64,000 nt of DNA from Octopus sinensis (taxonomy: Eukaryota), in the NCBI RefSeq assembly GCF_006345805.1, contig NC_043004.1:92070001-92134000 (forward strand), given 5' to 3'. This document shows, in pieces, positions 13,660 to 27,921 of this stretch. The notes below the pieces were generated by a model. That model worked only from the letters and a program-made list of their open reading frames with translations, was not told the origin of the DNA and did no database searches. Made by a program: the position numbers and the translations under genes. Numbering within the stretch: position 1 is the first letter of the stretch; every line of letters starts with the position of its first letter.

Positions 13660-14565
13660 TGTTTCTTTATTAGCCACACAGGGCTGCACACAGATAGAAC
13701 AAATTACAAGAGCTTTTCTTTTGAAGGTTTAAAAAAAAAAAAGGAAGGGGGAATTTCGATCAAAAGGGATCGTAAAAGGAGAGAAAGAGGACAAAAAGAA
13801 GGGGGGGGGGTTAAAAAAAAAAAATTAAAAAAAAGGGGGAGAGGAAAAAAAAATTGATCAATAGGGATCGTTATCACAGAAATGTCAATATGAAGTGTAA
13901 AGGGGAGGACAGGTGAGGTTTACCCGTGGAAAGAAAAGCCTACGGAAAAGACCACGGTAACCTCGGTCAATGAAGTCACATTTTATATTTCTTTTTTTTT
14001 TTTCTTTTTTTTTTTTGCAAATAAGCAACTCTCTGTTTTCGATTTCTGGGTTCATAGGACTATGCTCAAGGTGGCTTCGTCATTCATACGTGCCATTCTT
14101 GCTACATTCACCCATCTTTTTTTAAAACATTCGCTAGACAAAACTTGCCTCTCTACTCTCACTTTCCTTTTCAAGTGGTACTTGAAGAAGTTGATGAGAG
14201 ATTGACCAGAGAGGAAATTGTTTGTCTCCAATCCTTTCAGACGCGTCCACCAGATACATTCTTTCGCCATAGCCACAAGGATGATGAAAATAGCTCTTCC
14301 TTCCCGTTTGAAGGAAGGAGGCGTGACAATATTGACGATAGACTCAGCTGATAAACCGACTCGTCCCACACGTGACAGCATTTGTTCGACATAAGCCCAC
14401 AGGTCGGAAATTGTTGGACACTGAACGAGTGCGTGCAGAACGGTTTCGTCGCTCTGACCGCATCTCGGGCAGGTCGGCCCCGTGTTTCTCGAGCCGTGTC
14501 TGTAGAGCTTATCCCGAACGGGTAGCGCTTCTCGGTAGCACTGCCAGGCCAGGGATCTCTGGAAG
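13660..14565 (-). mobile_element. 5'-truncated copy of the same Tx1 element (~0.9 kb)
   Basis: Near-identical to 5430-6349, with a few substitutions and homopolymer length differences; flanked by (GATA)n at ~13430-13659 and 14565-14685. Confidence 0.95.
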
Positions 14566-14586
14566 ATAGATAGATAGATAGGTAGG

Positions 14587-14685
<99 letters not shown>

Positions 14686-14859
14686 GAACCAAAAGAAATG
14701 TAAAAAGAAATATGCATATCCGACTTGAAATATTTAAATCTGAAACTGCCAAGATACGAACAAGGAACGGCCCTATGATTCCCCAGTTCTGTTGGTTGTA
14801 AGTTCTACAAACTCCCTAAACAGAAGAAATATATTCACTATTATAGAAAGCCAGAATAA

Positions 14860-14968
14860 TGGAATAATTGTGCACATGGTTTTGGTTCAGTCCCACTGCA
14901 TGTCATGTTATTTCAACTATAACACCGGGCTGAGTGGATTTAGTAGAAGAAAACTAACACAGCTCGTC

Positions 14969-15019
<51 letters not shown>

Positions 15020-15035
15020 AGTATGTATGCATGTA

Positions 15036-15067
<32 letters not shown>

Positions 15068-15120
15068 AGTATGTGTATGTGTTTGTGAGTGTGTGTGTGT
15101 GTGTATGTTGTGTGTGTGTG
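14860..15120 (+). mobile_element. Degenerate family A SINE
   Basis: GGTTCAGTCCCACTGC, GAGTGGATTTAGTAGA, followed by (AT)n(GT)n. Confidence 0.6.
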
Positions 15121-15584
15121 ACAGGGTAACCCGTTTTAAGCTAAAGACAGTGCAGTACAAAACGTAGAATCTAAAGCTATAGCAAACGACAATGATATGG
15201 CGACATCGGTTCATTGGTTCATCGAGTAAGGGTCAATTCATTCCGTGAATGTTGTAAAAATGGGGAAGGAAGTATCATTTAAATAATACTAGAATTATCA
15301 TCTATGCACTTTCAGTAACCGTTCTATGTGTAAAAATTGTATATCAAAGTGTTCAACTGTTAACTATTTCGATTATATATATATGCATACGTTTGTATTA
15401 TTATACTTGTTTTCAAACACGCGTTCAAACTCTAGAGATACGAAACTAGTGAAACGGTTAAAGTTAAATCAAGGGAAGGCACTCTTCATGAAACCCTTGT
15501 TAGTGTCATAATATGCTTTTCCAGTTTTACGACTGAATTGGTGAGAGTGTACGTGTCGTTGTCAGTGTAACACGGGCTATCCGT

Positions 15585-15690
<106 letters not shown>

Positions 15691-15871
15691 GATCTGATCT
15701 GTCTATGTATATACAAACATAGATGTGTGTATATGTGTGTGCATGTGTGTGTGTGCGTGTGCGTGTATGCATAAGTAATGTATGTATATATATATATATG
15801 TATGCGCACATACAATTTTATGACTATTAAGCATTTTGCTGTATAGTTATAGTATGGTGTATATGTGTGCC

Positions 15872-15916
<45 letters not shown>

Positions 15917-16460
15917 ATATATGTATATATATATATATATGTCCGTGATGTATCCGGAGGCATCCTGACATCTTATATTTTTCCTCCGTTCCGTATGAAA
16001 AAATTCAATCATCTTTTGCATAGGAACTTTCCAAAGAAATACATTAACGTGATGTTAGGGATAAATAATGTGATGTTAGGGATATTCAGATAGATTTGAC
16101 TTATAAAAAATGTACATGGAGGTATACACGTTCGATGTTATGTATATGTGTGTATATGTAAATGTGTAATATTCATATTAATAAGGGTTTAAGTAGAATA
16201 CCTTAATTTGTTGTAACATAACATTTAATCATCTTTATTTTATCTAGATTTGATAACATTATGGAATTCATGAGGAAAGAGAAAGGAATTTTGCTCTTTT
16301 GCGTGGAATTTTTCCAAATAAATGTCCGAACGTGATTATAAGTATATTGAGATATATGCTTGACTTTTAAAACTGAGCATATGTACCTCTTTGTTCATTT
16401 TTAAAAGTCAAATATATATCACATTATCTATAAAAATCACGTTAACATGGTTAGATAGAT

Positions 16461-16526
<66 letters not shown>

Positions 16527-17399
16527 CAGATAGGTAGGTAGGTAGGTAGGTATGTATGTAGGTAGGTATGTAGGTAGGTAGGTAGGTATGTATTAGGTAG
16601 GTGGATGGATGGATGGATGCATGGGTGGGTGGAATAACAGATAGACAGATAGATAGATAGATAGAGATAGAGAGAGAAAGGGAGAGGGAACGTGAGAGGA
16701 GAGAAAGAGAGAAAGGGGAAGTGATAGACCTTAAACCATATTGCATTAAGTTATTTGTATACATTTCGATGTTTTCTCAAACAAATATATACTGTTTTTA
16801 ATGGCTCTGACGAAGTTATGGGATGTTGAACAAGTACTCAACTCACCTTTTAGCAGAAACAGTTGTAAGCCATTGAAGTAGATAATGTATTTCCTGTCCA
16901 CTTCTCTTTTATTAATGAATTTTATGCTCCATAATTGCCTAATTCTTTACCCTAAAGCATAACAGCTGATTATTAGTATCGTTATGCCTTGATAAATAGG
17001 CATCTTTTTTCGAGGTGTTTATGGCTCATTTTCTAATATTCTTCGTTACCATCGTAACGATAATGGGCTATTATCTTACTATCTTGTCTTACTTACGTCT
17101 TAAAGATACTTACCTTGGTATATTAAAACACAAAAATACCTTTGGGTGAGAGTTTCTGTATATTTTGTCTCGGTATTATGGCTAAAATATGCAATGCGAT
17201 ACCTCCGCTTCGTAGTACCGGTATATTCCACAAAATGAAAAAGATGCAGTAAATGTTTCATCTTTCAGATAAATATATAAATAGATAATTTTACATAGGT
17301 AGAATGATTAGAGAAGCTCTTCACGGTCATTTTGGACCAAAACCAGCTTCTTAACTTCATTCCTTGTCGAAATATCGCAGTCTGAAAGTCAGGAAATTT

Positions 17400-17905
17400 T
17401 GACTGCGTTATTCTCGGTTGTGGCGCTTACAACGGCCTGTTACTAAAAGCCTCATTCGTAACGTGCGAATCGATTGATTTCTTTTTTCTAAAAAACCTTA
17501 GATTAACCAGACGGTCACTTGAGCCTTTACTGAGAAAACCAAATGCACCGATTATTATTGGTATAAATGTGAATTTGTAATCTAAATAAAAATGACTGGA
17601 GGTCTCGAAGCAACTCTCCATAGTTACCATATTTCTCTTTGATTTTCGAAGAAATTTACATCAGCGGGTCAGGTGATCTCTACGGCAGTGTTTACACTTT
17701 ACAGATGTTTATATGAAAATATTACATCAGTATGTCTTGTGCAGAGATTTGTGCATGTATTTATTAACAAGGAGATTCTCTGTAGTTATTCCAGGATAGC
17801 CTTTTATTCGAGTGACATTGTATATTGTTTTTGGGGTAGCTGCTGTAATACATGTGATGTCATCCACAGAAGTATGACATAATCTACATTTTCGCTTGCA
17901 CCTTG
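17400..17905 (-). mobile_element. Degenerate 3' fragment of an RLE-type (R4/Dong-like) non-LTR retrotransposon
   Basis: Minus-strand YLDYKFTFIPIIIGAFGF is homologous to the 22622..22879 peptide (YPDYELSFVSIIIAALGY). Confidence 0.6.
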
Positions 17906-18782
17906 GCGCTACAAAAGCTTCAATGGAGCTTCTAGTGCTTCAATAGAGTTCCTAGGGCTTCATTAGAACTACAAGGTCTTCACTCTATGTATGTATGTAT
18001 GTATGTATGTATGTATGTATGTATGTATGTATGTATGTATGTATGTATGTATGTCTGCACACAGACAGACACTTGTATATTTCTGAACACTTTAAAGACA
18101 TTAAGCTACCACTTTTGAAAATAAAATCTTTCTCCTTTTAAAATAGATAGATTTATTACAAATTGGATAGAAGATTATGAATTTCCTTTCTTAGGTTTCT
18201 TTTCAGAAAACTTACGAATGAATTTGCGCTTGAAATATATAAGTTTTTCAAACTTTAAACATTGTTAAAAGCTTCCCTCATTCATTAATTCATTTATTAT
18301 TCTATTTCTGCAGTACAATGCTTCAAGCGAACTACAACACTCTTTTTCTGTTAAATTTTAATGCTTTTTTTATAATACTACAAACATGTTCAGTGATGGA
18401 TAGTAGCATGTTGCTCTCAGCGGAGTTAGTAATCAATCAGATGAAAAGATTTTTGCTCATCAAAGTCAATTTGCTATACCAAGAGAATCCCTCAGGCATC
18501 CCAGTTATGAAAATGTCAAGTTCACTAAAAATATTGTATACACAAAACATCTTTTGATTGGCCATTTCCTATTTGTGGTTTGTTCTATATAATGATGTAT
18601 ATAGAATTATAAACAGATAAAAACCCTCATGTATTTTGATCCATTAAATATTTCTTTATTTCAATATTGTTTTACATATTTTTACTTGCTTCTACGTAAT
18701 TCTTTGTTGAATGTATACTTATATTTCATTGAAACAAATCATTACTCATTCGGAGCGTATAACAAGCGGGTCACACACCAGC

Positions 18783-18882
<100 letters not shown>

Positions 18883-18894
18883 CATGCATACGAA

Positions 18895-20300
18895 GCTAGC
18901 GTTGTAGAAGATTTATATTTTGCATTAGTAAAAGAGTTCAAATGGGCCCTATATCGACGATTAAAATCTAAAATGCTTCCTACATAAACTCCTACCCTCT
19001 GTGTAGCAGGGATTCCCACTGAACACCTAAACACTACGTTATTACGTAAACAGGATCCGTATAGCGGACACGACTCCTTAATTCGACAATTACATGTTTT
19101 TCACCTCCGCATCGGTATTAATTTTCCGATTATTAGAGGTTAAGTCACCCCCGACTGTCAAGAGTTGACTTGGCGTAATGTTTACGTTAGAACTAGTGAC
19201 AGTTTTGGTGTTATAGAGTTCATTATAAAGATTTCTGTGGGTAGACTTCATAAGGCTGAGTTTAGATCTATTGATGGAAGCTATGATCGAACCTAAATTC
19301 GAAGTAGTAGAGTACAGCAATTTCACAAGGATTTATTAAAAATAGGATAATATTTATGAATTTTAGGAAAATTTTCCTTCAATATTTAAAAAAATAATTT
19401 GTGTAAAGATTTGACCTGAAGAGAGAAGGGTGGGGCAAACCGTAAAGTTTTACGTTTCCTAGATTTTGAGTATTTGGTCTGATTAGATTGTTTGTGGATA
19501 TAGGGTTTATATTTATGTGAATTCCTAAATGCCATGTTTTTAATTCGGGCCTCATTCATACAGTGCTTTTTCATATATTTAATTGGTTTATCTAAATGGG
19601 GTGGTGGTGCGTTTTACTAGATTGTGAATTAGTTCCGTTCAAGATATTTGCAATTTTGGCCTTAAGAATTGTATCAGGGATGTAAAATATTTCTTTTTTA
19701 AAACCACTTAACTATAGGGATTGGTTGGTGCGTGAGTGTTGAATATCTCCTCGATCACTGATAAATTTGTGATTGTAATTGAGATAGCCGTTACCATACC
19801 AACGAGGGTTGATCTAGGATGATTAGAAAGAACGTTTATGTACTTAAGAGTTTGGTTTTGGTCTGGTTTGGTTTGGTTTTCTTTATGGATATTGGAGTCC
19901 ATGAATATTCTCCGTCGATCTGGGCCTACATCATTAAATAAGCTCTCGGATGCTATATTTCCCTGTAACCGTAGATACCGTTCAACATTTAAATATTTTG
20001 ATAAACCCCAATAAGTTAACGATTAAATTTTTAATTATCAATATTTCAATTAATCTCTATACTCCTGGCATCCTGTAACTTGATATTGATCAACTATTAA
20101 CTGCTTAACATTTATAACATTTTCTAAATTGCTTTTCCCATAAGTCCTGTTATAACATTTCCTCCTCCTGTTAACAACTGCACCTCTCTATATAACTAAA
20201 TCTCATCTACCCAGTACAACATTGCACGAAACACGATTACTTATTCTCTTGGATTATTTACATATGTTTTTTGAAAAATCCAATCCCAACGCTACGATGC
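18895..20300 (-). mobile_element. Degenerate Penelope-like element (RT C-terminus + GIY-YIG endonuclease)
   Basis: YINVLSNHPRS, RKRKTLRFAPPFSLQVK and YVGSILDFNRRYRAHLNSFTNAKYKSSTTL occur in the expected order. Confidence 0.75.
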
Positions 20301-20741
20301 TTTTCGATTCGCTCTTCAGAAGACTTTATTTTATGCACCTTTTTGTAAGGACATATTTTTATTCTTAAGTAATTTTTACAACGCCGTTCTCACCTAATTT
20401 TACTTATCTATTTATATATGTATATTAAATTTTTACATATTTATGTATTCATAGATGTTTCATATGTTTTAATATTTTAATGATTGATACGTAAGTATAT
20501 TTAAATACTGATATATATCGATCCATGGCAGAATATATATATATTTAAATGTTTAAACCATCTGAAATTCTCCTTAACACACGCACACATATATATAGGT
20601 ATATATACACACACACACATACATATATACATCCACACACACATATATATGCGAATGATTTTGTTAAACGTTAGTCTTACAATTCAGTAAATATTAATAA
20701 TGGTATTTTTATAAGCTTAATCATCATAGCTATCGCCATAA

Positions 20742-20893
20742 AACGACTAAGGAAAATAGTCTAATAGTGGGGCATCTAAACCATCCTCAGAAATCACGTC
20801 GGCTTTCCCACGCGTATGGGAAAGCCTACATTTTTCTGTCGAGGGCTTATATGCCCCACTATTAGACTATTTTCCTTAGTCATTTGCTCGGTG
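20742..20893. mobile_element. Foldback MITE-like palindrome
   Basis: Perfect 31-bp inverted repeat 20745-20775/20851-20881; central hairpin 20801-20826; 10-bp direct repeat ATCGCCATAA at 20732-20741 and 20894-20903. Confidence 0.7.
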
Positions 20894-20912
20894 ATCGCCA
20901 TAAGCTTTAAGC

Positions 20913-20972
<60 letters not shown>

Positions 20973-21180
20973 TATGTATAAAATATATGATGTGAAGTAT
21001 ATAAAAAAATTATATAATGAGCAAGCTATAAAAAAATATACAATATTGTGAGAAAAAGGCAGATATACAGTAAATTATATATATATATGTATATATATGG
21101 ATATATATATGTATGTGTGTGTATATATCTATATCTATCTATCTATCTATCTATCTCTCTCTCTCTATATATATATATAT

Positions 21181-21385
21181 AAAGTTAATCCAAACAAGAA
21201 AACAAAAAAACAACAACGCAAAGATATGGAACAAATAAAGTATTATTGGACGCTCAGGAAAGAAGGGAAGAAGGAAGGTTTGACGTTTCGAGCGGAGCTC
21301 TTCGTCGGAAACATAGGAGAAAGAAACATCCCGAGACGGGAGGACAGGGGGAAAAATAGCAGGTAGTCTACACGAGGTCACATAC
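21181..21385 (-). mobile_element. Short repeat, probably Penelope-derived, with hammerhead-like motif (copy 1)
   Basis: Homologous over ~200 bp to 63060-63275 in the opposite orientation; contains GTTT-CCGACGA-A-GAGC-tcc-GCTC-GAAA-CG-TC-AAAC. Confidence 0.6.
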
Positions 21386-21629
21386 TAAAAAGACGGAAGT
21401 GGTCAAAAGGAAGGAAAAGTGTTTTTTAAAAACAAAAGAGCTGAACCAGAGAATGAATCGTAAAAAAGGTGTGCGAGATGACAAGGGTGTGTGTGTGAGT
21501 GTGCGCGTGTGTGTGTATGTGTGCGTATGGTGGACGATGGCTAGTAGCAAGCAGTAGTGGAATGGTGGACGATGGCTGGTAGCGGGCAGTAGGGAATTAA
21601 GGAGTGGGTGGGGGCACCCTAGCAAGTCA

Positions 21630-22380
<751 letters not shown>

Positions 22381-22429
22381 CATGATTTTTGTTTGAGTTT
22401 AATTTAAGTTCTTCTAGAGAGGGTTCAAC

Positions 22430-24075
22430 CTGGTTGCTAACAAAGAAAAAGATTTATTTTAGTTAAGAGAGTTCTTGGTGTTTGTAAATATGTGGTTGAC
22501 TTGATGTGCTGGTTGAACTGTTGATGCATACATCCGAGAGTATGCATCTATTCACGTAAAAATCTCACATGGAGAATGTTTTTAAATGTGTTATAAATTT
22601 CCACTGGAGGGTCTGCATCAGTCATTTGGCTCTTTTTCCGAGCAACCGGGTATCTAGCTTTTTGTGCAAATTTGTTTGTATATAACCTAACGCAGCTATG
22701 ATGATAGATACAAATGACAATTCATAGTCAGGGTACAAGAGCTGTAAGTTACGCATTATTTCGTCATAAACGTTCTCTTTTACCTGGACTTTTGATTGTA
22801 TATTCACATCTGCTGGGCAGCTGACCTCTACAACAGTGCATAACAGTGCCTGATTTTTGTTCCCTGTCCTACAGAACAATATCGGGTATGTTATGTTTGC
22901 ACGAAATTGATGCTTTCCCTGGTTGTTCCACTAGTATTCCTTGTTTTTAAAGGTGTGAATACCTGCTGGATCTGATATGCCTTTGATGTATACATCAGAG
23001 CAGTCCTTCCTGCGGATAGCATTGTAAATAGTCTTTGCAACTATATCATACTTCAAGGGCAGGTAGTATCTCATAGACATTTTGGGGCAACTGCTGATAA
23101 ATGATGTGGATGATATCTACCACACTGGTAAAGCATAACCGATATTTCTTATCACATCGTGGAGCCTTGCTGATATCTATGTTCTTCTTGTTTATCAGAT
23201 ATTCAGTAGCTATCTCTTGTTCCTGGATAACGAAGGCATGTCGTTCTAGATGGGATTTTATGTATCTTTTGTAGGTCCAAGAGAGGATATTCTTCTGTCA
23301 ATGCTGCTGTTGCCCTCTAGCTTACGGCATTAGTATCAATGCTTTGCTTTCTGTGTGTATGATGTCTGCTTCTCCTCCATGCTTCTGTTTTAGTTGGTTA
23401 ATCCAGCATCCTTTGGGTCGCATGAGATAGTTGTATTCTCAAAGCATCTGCACAATAATTTAGATGTTAAGGTTAGGGTCTCTTTTGAGTGTGTATGGAA
23501 TGTACTCATTTCGTTCTTTACAGTTTAGCAGGTATTGTCTGAGTGGTACAATGTGACATTCAAAGGCTCGTTGGACTGACCGTTATGCTCCTACCGCTGT
23601 CACTTCGTCTAATATAAATCATATAGGTATCACTGTTAATGTGGAAGTTGCCAGTGGTGGTCAGTACCTTTCTGGTTTTGATGTCGAGGTTGTGTGTTTT
23701 ATCGAGTGTCCAGTCATTATCTTAAATGTTGATACTAACACTGGTGTTACAAAAGCAATGTGAGATATGGACTTGTTAAATGCAGATAGCTCTGAATTCT
23801 ATATTTTCCGGAAGTACTCGTTTGTTATTCTGGCTTCAGTCACAGACCAATGTATACAATATTCTTATGGATTCTGAAGTAGATGTAACTTTCATCATTA
23901 GAGATAAGGGAGATAGACACGCCGTTGATGTACATATCCTCTGCCTGGTCGACAAAGTTTCCTCGATTGACTATCATGCATGAGCATTTATCTTGCCCAA
24001 ACTCCATTCCTATATCTCGTGAAAATGTTGTGACTTGTTCTAACTGTATCTTGATGTTGGTCATATTACCAGAAT
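22430..24075 (-). mobile_element. Degenerate R4/Dong-like non-LTR retrotransposon (RT end to restriction-like endonuclease)
   Basis: LEQVTTFSRDIGMEFGQDKC (post-YADD RT region), KHNIPDIVL and VVEVSCPADVN (PD..ExxC RLE motif); many stops. Confidence 0.75.
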
Positions 24076-24608
24076 ATTATGTATGTATGTATGTATGTAT
24101 ACAGCACTGCGAGCAAGTGTCTTCTTTTCTTGGATTGGGCAAGGTCTTGCAAGTAACTTTGGTAGACGGAATCTGGAATAATCTCATTGTATATTTCAGT
24201 GTGTCTGTGTATTTGTGAATGTACATATATATATATATTTCTGCGCGTGTGACTTATAAATTTGACAGTAAACGTGAAAGTTGCAAACTTAACGATTCTT
24301 AATCTTACTTTGGCCAGACAGGTACGACACCCGCTTGTAGGGTTACCATGCATTTACACCAAGGTGTAATTGAAACAGACTACACTACAAACCATAGAAA
24401 AATATTAGCAGACACTACAGTCATACCTTATAGGATTTTTCACAAAGATAGACAATCGATGATGTAAGCAAAACTCATATTGAAATATAAAACTATAATT
24501 AACACACTAACAAGATAAATACGACATCGGTAACGTGCAACTCTAAAAGCAAAATTACACATACGATATTGTAGAATTCTAATAATAAAAATATGAATCT
24601 TATTACGT

Positions 24609-24774
24609 AGGCGCAAGAGTGGCTGTGTGGTAAGTAGCTTGTTTACGAACCACATGGTTCCGGGTTCAGTCCCACTGCATGGCACTTTGGGCAAGTGTCT
24701 TCTACTATAGCCTCGGGCCGACCAAAGCCTTGTGAGTGGATTTGGTAGACGGAAACTGAAAGAAGCCCGTCGTA

Positions 24775-24828
<54 letters not shown>

Positions 24829-25058
24829 TGTGTGTGTTTGTGTGTCTGTGTTTGTCCCCTAGCATTGCTTGACAACCGATGCTGGTGTGTTTATGTCCCC
24901 GTTACTTAGCGGTTCGGCAAAAAGAGACCGATAGAATAAGTGCTGGGCTTACAAAAAAAAAGAATAAGTCCCGGGGTCGAGTTGCTCGATTAAAGGCGGT
25001 GCTGCAGCATGGCCGCAGTCAAATGACTGGAACAAGTAAAAGAGTAAAGAGTAAAGAG
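24609..25058 (+). mobile_element. Family A SINE
   Basis: Full-length match to 899-1313. Confidence 0.9.
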
Positions 25059-25663
25059 AGCTCTAACGGTCAAATTGTTGTTGCAATATGTACACAAACG
25101 AACTTCTGACAGTAAAGTCCGCGAAAAACAAAGCCGACCCGCTTTAAAAGAACGTAATACGAAATAACTGAAAATTCGATTGTAAAACGAGACAACGTAA
25201 AACCTGCATGAGTATAAGCCTAACCGGAATGTTCTAACGAGTATGAGATAGTTAAGAATCAATAATAGTTTTTAGAAGCACAGAACAGCTCCAAGATTTC
25301 TAAGCTCTGTTCCTAGCTCGACAGACAGCGTCTATGCAAGAAAAGTAAAGAAGTATTCGTTACATGGTTGTGTGGGAGTGCAGCTATTGTCTTTGCGGCT
25401 GAGTTTACTTCGAAACTACAGAGTTTTGGTTTTGATTCCAGTCCAATGGACGCGTGTCGGATTGATATCTGTAGGTGAATGTATACACATACCCACGTAC
25501 ACCCACGCCCACGTACACACACCTCACGTACACACACACATACACACAGATATAAGACTCTATAAAGGTATCTATGTATGTATGCATATATGTATACGTA
25601 TATAGAAATGTATATGTATATATATGTATGTATAAAATGAATACAATACATATACATATACGT

Positions 25664-26679
25664 CTCCCATTCTTCTTTAATAGTATCTTTAAGAGAGTCG
25701 ACATTACTGTGTGATGTTCTATTGGTAGCATGTTCTAAAACACCCGAAATAGCATAATCCAGAGAGTTTAGATCTGGGCTAGAAGGTGGCGATAAACATG
25801 ATTCCAAAAAATTGCTAAAAATGAATTTGCAGAAATCTTTTATTTTTCTAGCTGTGTGTGCCGGAGCACCATCCTGTGTCCATACATAATTACCATCTGG
25901 GTAGTTTGCTTTAAGCCATGGCAATACCTGGTATCTCAGAGTCTTGTAGTAAGTATTAACATTGATCTTTTCATCAGCTTTGTAGAATTTTATACGCACT
26001 TTCTTTCTATCGGAAGCCACAACACCAAAAGCCATAACTTGAGCAGGATGTTTTGTTTTGAATGTCCCCTTAACCTCAGCTGTTGATTTTGCAATAAATC
26101 TGTCATTTCTGCGGTTCAGAACAGCATCGACACCGAAAATCTTTTCATCTGAAAAGATCGTTACAATGGCGGACTTTTTCTTGAACCATGTAATAATTTT
26201 CTTGCACCTTTCCAATCTCTTTTCCTTCATAGCTGTTGTCAACAAGTATTTTGGTGTTCTTATGTAAGATTTTAACCTCAAATCATATTTTACTTCATTT
26301 CTAATGGTCTTGTTGACTACTTCAAGTTCAATTGCCATTTTTCTCATGGATTTGGTTGGATCTTATAGGATTTTGGATTTGAGAGCTTTAATAAGTTTTG
26401 CTCATAGTCATTCTATTCTTTACATTATAAACAGTCTTTATGGAACTCCAACTATTCTTGAAATCTCCTTTGGTGTGGCAAGTGAATTCAGCAAATCACA
26501 CACTCTTTGACATTTGCCTTCTTTATTACTTATATGATCAAAAGTTTCTGAAAAGGTAAGGGTAATAGTGTTAGGTATGATCACGACATCAATATATGCT
26601 AGGTTTCAAGACAATTGACTTAGTGCCTGCTGAGAAAAAACAAATTAACGTTCATTGTAAATTTTGCTTCCCCACCCTG
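25664..26679 (-). mobile_element. DD37D (maT-like) transposon, 3' end lost
   Basis: Terminus TA|CAGGGTGGGGAAGCAAAATTTAC at 26681; FSDEKIF, WTQDGAPAH and SPDLNSLDY with 37 residues between the 2nd and 3rd Asp; sequence breaks into microsatellite after EEWE; second TIR not found. Confidence 0.88.
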
Positions 26680-26792
26680 TACATATATACATACACAGAG
26701 AAATGCATAGATACGTATCCCTCTATGTATATACACATACACATACACACATACATACATACATACACATACACACACAGACATACACACAC

Positions 26793-26824
<32 letters not shown>

Positions 26825-27675
26825 CAATTGGTCTCGCTCTCTTTAACATTACACCAAACTACATTCTAGTGTAAAGTTTAAGAATCAATCAGCTGCAAAC
26901 TCCAGTCAAAGGACATGCACACACACACACATATGTATGTGTTTATCTGTGCATTCCCTCTACGAGCGAGCTCGGAGTGCTCACATCAACTGCCCTCCAG
27001 TAAGCACGACTGGCCTTTGCAGCAGATCGATTCTTAAAATTTACACTAGTATTCTATACCAGTTTGTCAATGCATATGCAGTATGGTCTTTCTTATGACC
27101 TTATACTACGAGTTGGCTTCCAAAGGAACGGCTGATATAATTCTTCACTCTGTTTCTCTTATAGTGATCAATAAACCTTAATCTTAGTTGATTGTTGGTA
27201 ATCAATGTCTTATTGGAGATTGATTGCCGGCAATTTCGGTATTTGATTTCTGATTCCTTCATCACGTATTGAATGATGCTGATAGTAATGGTGTGTAATT
27301 ACAGGCGCAGTCCGACCAATTTTATCTTCAGACGTCTTACTGTCGAAAGGAGTTCTATTAATTGATAGTGATTCGAGTATTTCTTCTTGGATTGGTGTTC
27401 TAATGATTATCAGTCGATTCACCAAAGAAGGACTGAGAAGTTTTTTATTTCTTGCCTGCCATATGCCCCTCAGGATTATATAACATATATCTAATATTTT
27501 ACAAATGAGTGTGTGTATGTGCTTTCTTTGTCAGTGCGTGAGTCCTCCAATACGAGGTAGTCATGCAACAAAGCAAGGAACGGTCTCATGATTTGTTCTA
27601 CAAATACAGTGTTCATAAAGACGTATTCGTAGTAACAATCGAAGTATAAGATATAAATACAAAAATAAACATGGT

Positions 27676-27728
<53 letters not shown>

Positions 27729-27887
27729 AACACATAAGTATAATACATATGTATATACATGCATGTACACACAAAGAAATATAATACATATACATATGTA
27801 TACACACATGCACACTCATATATACTGACATTATGTTCATACATATATACTTTCATTCATACATACATACATACATACATACATACA

Positions 27888-27921
<34 letters not shown>

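Noticed and set aside
14555-14570. Truncation point of the short Tx1 copy lies ~10 nt from the frameshift in the long copy
   Set aside because: With one observation it cannot be distinguished from coincidence, and no mechanism is evident.
17915-17985. Three imperfect 20-bp repeats (GCTTCAATGGAGCTTCTAGT-like)
   Set aside because: Too short and diverged to interpret; likely local slippage.
25313-26347. 344-aa ORF as an intact transposase gene
   Set aside because: The N-terminal HTH region upstream is disrupted, and everything after EEWE is read-through into microsatellite and flank DNA; the second TIR is missing.
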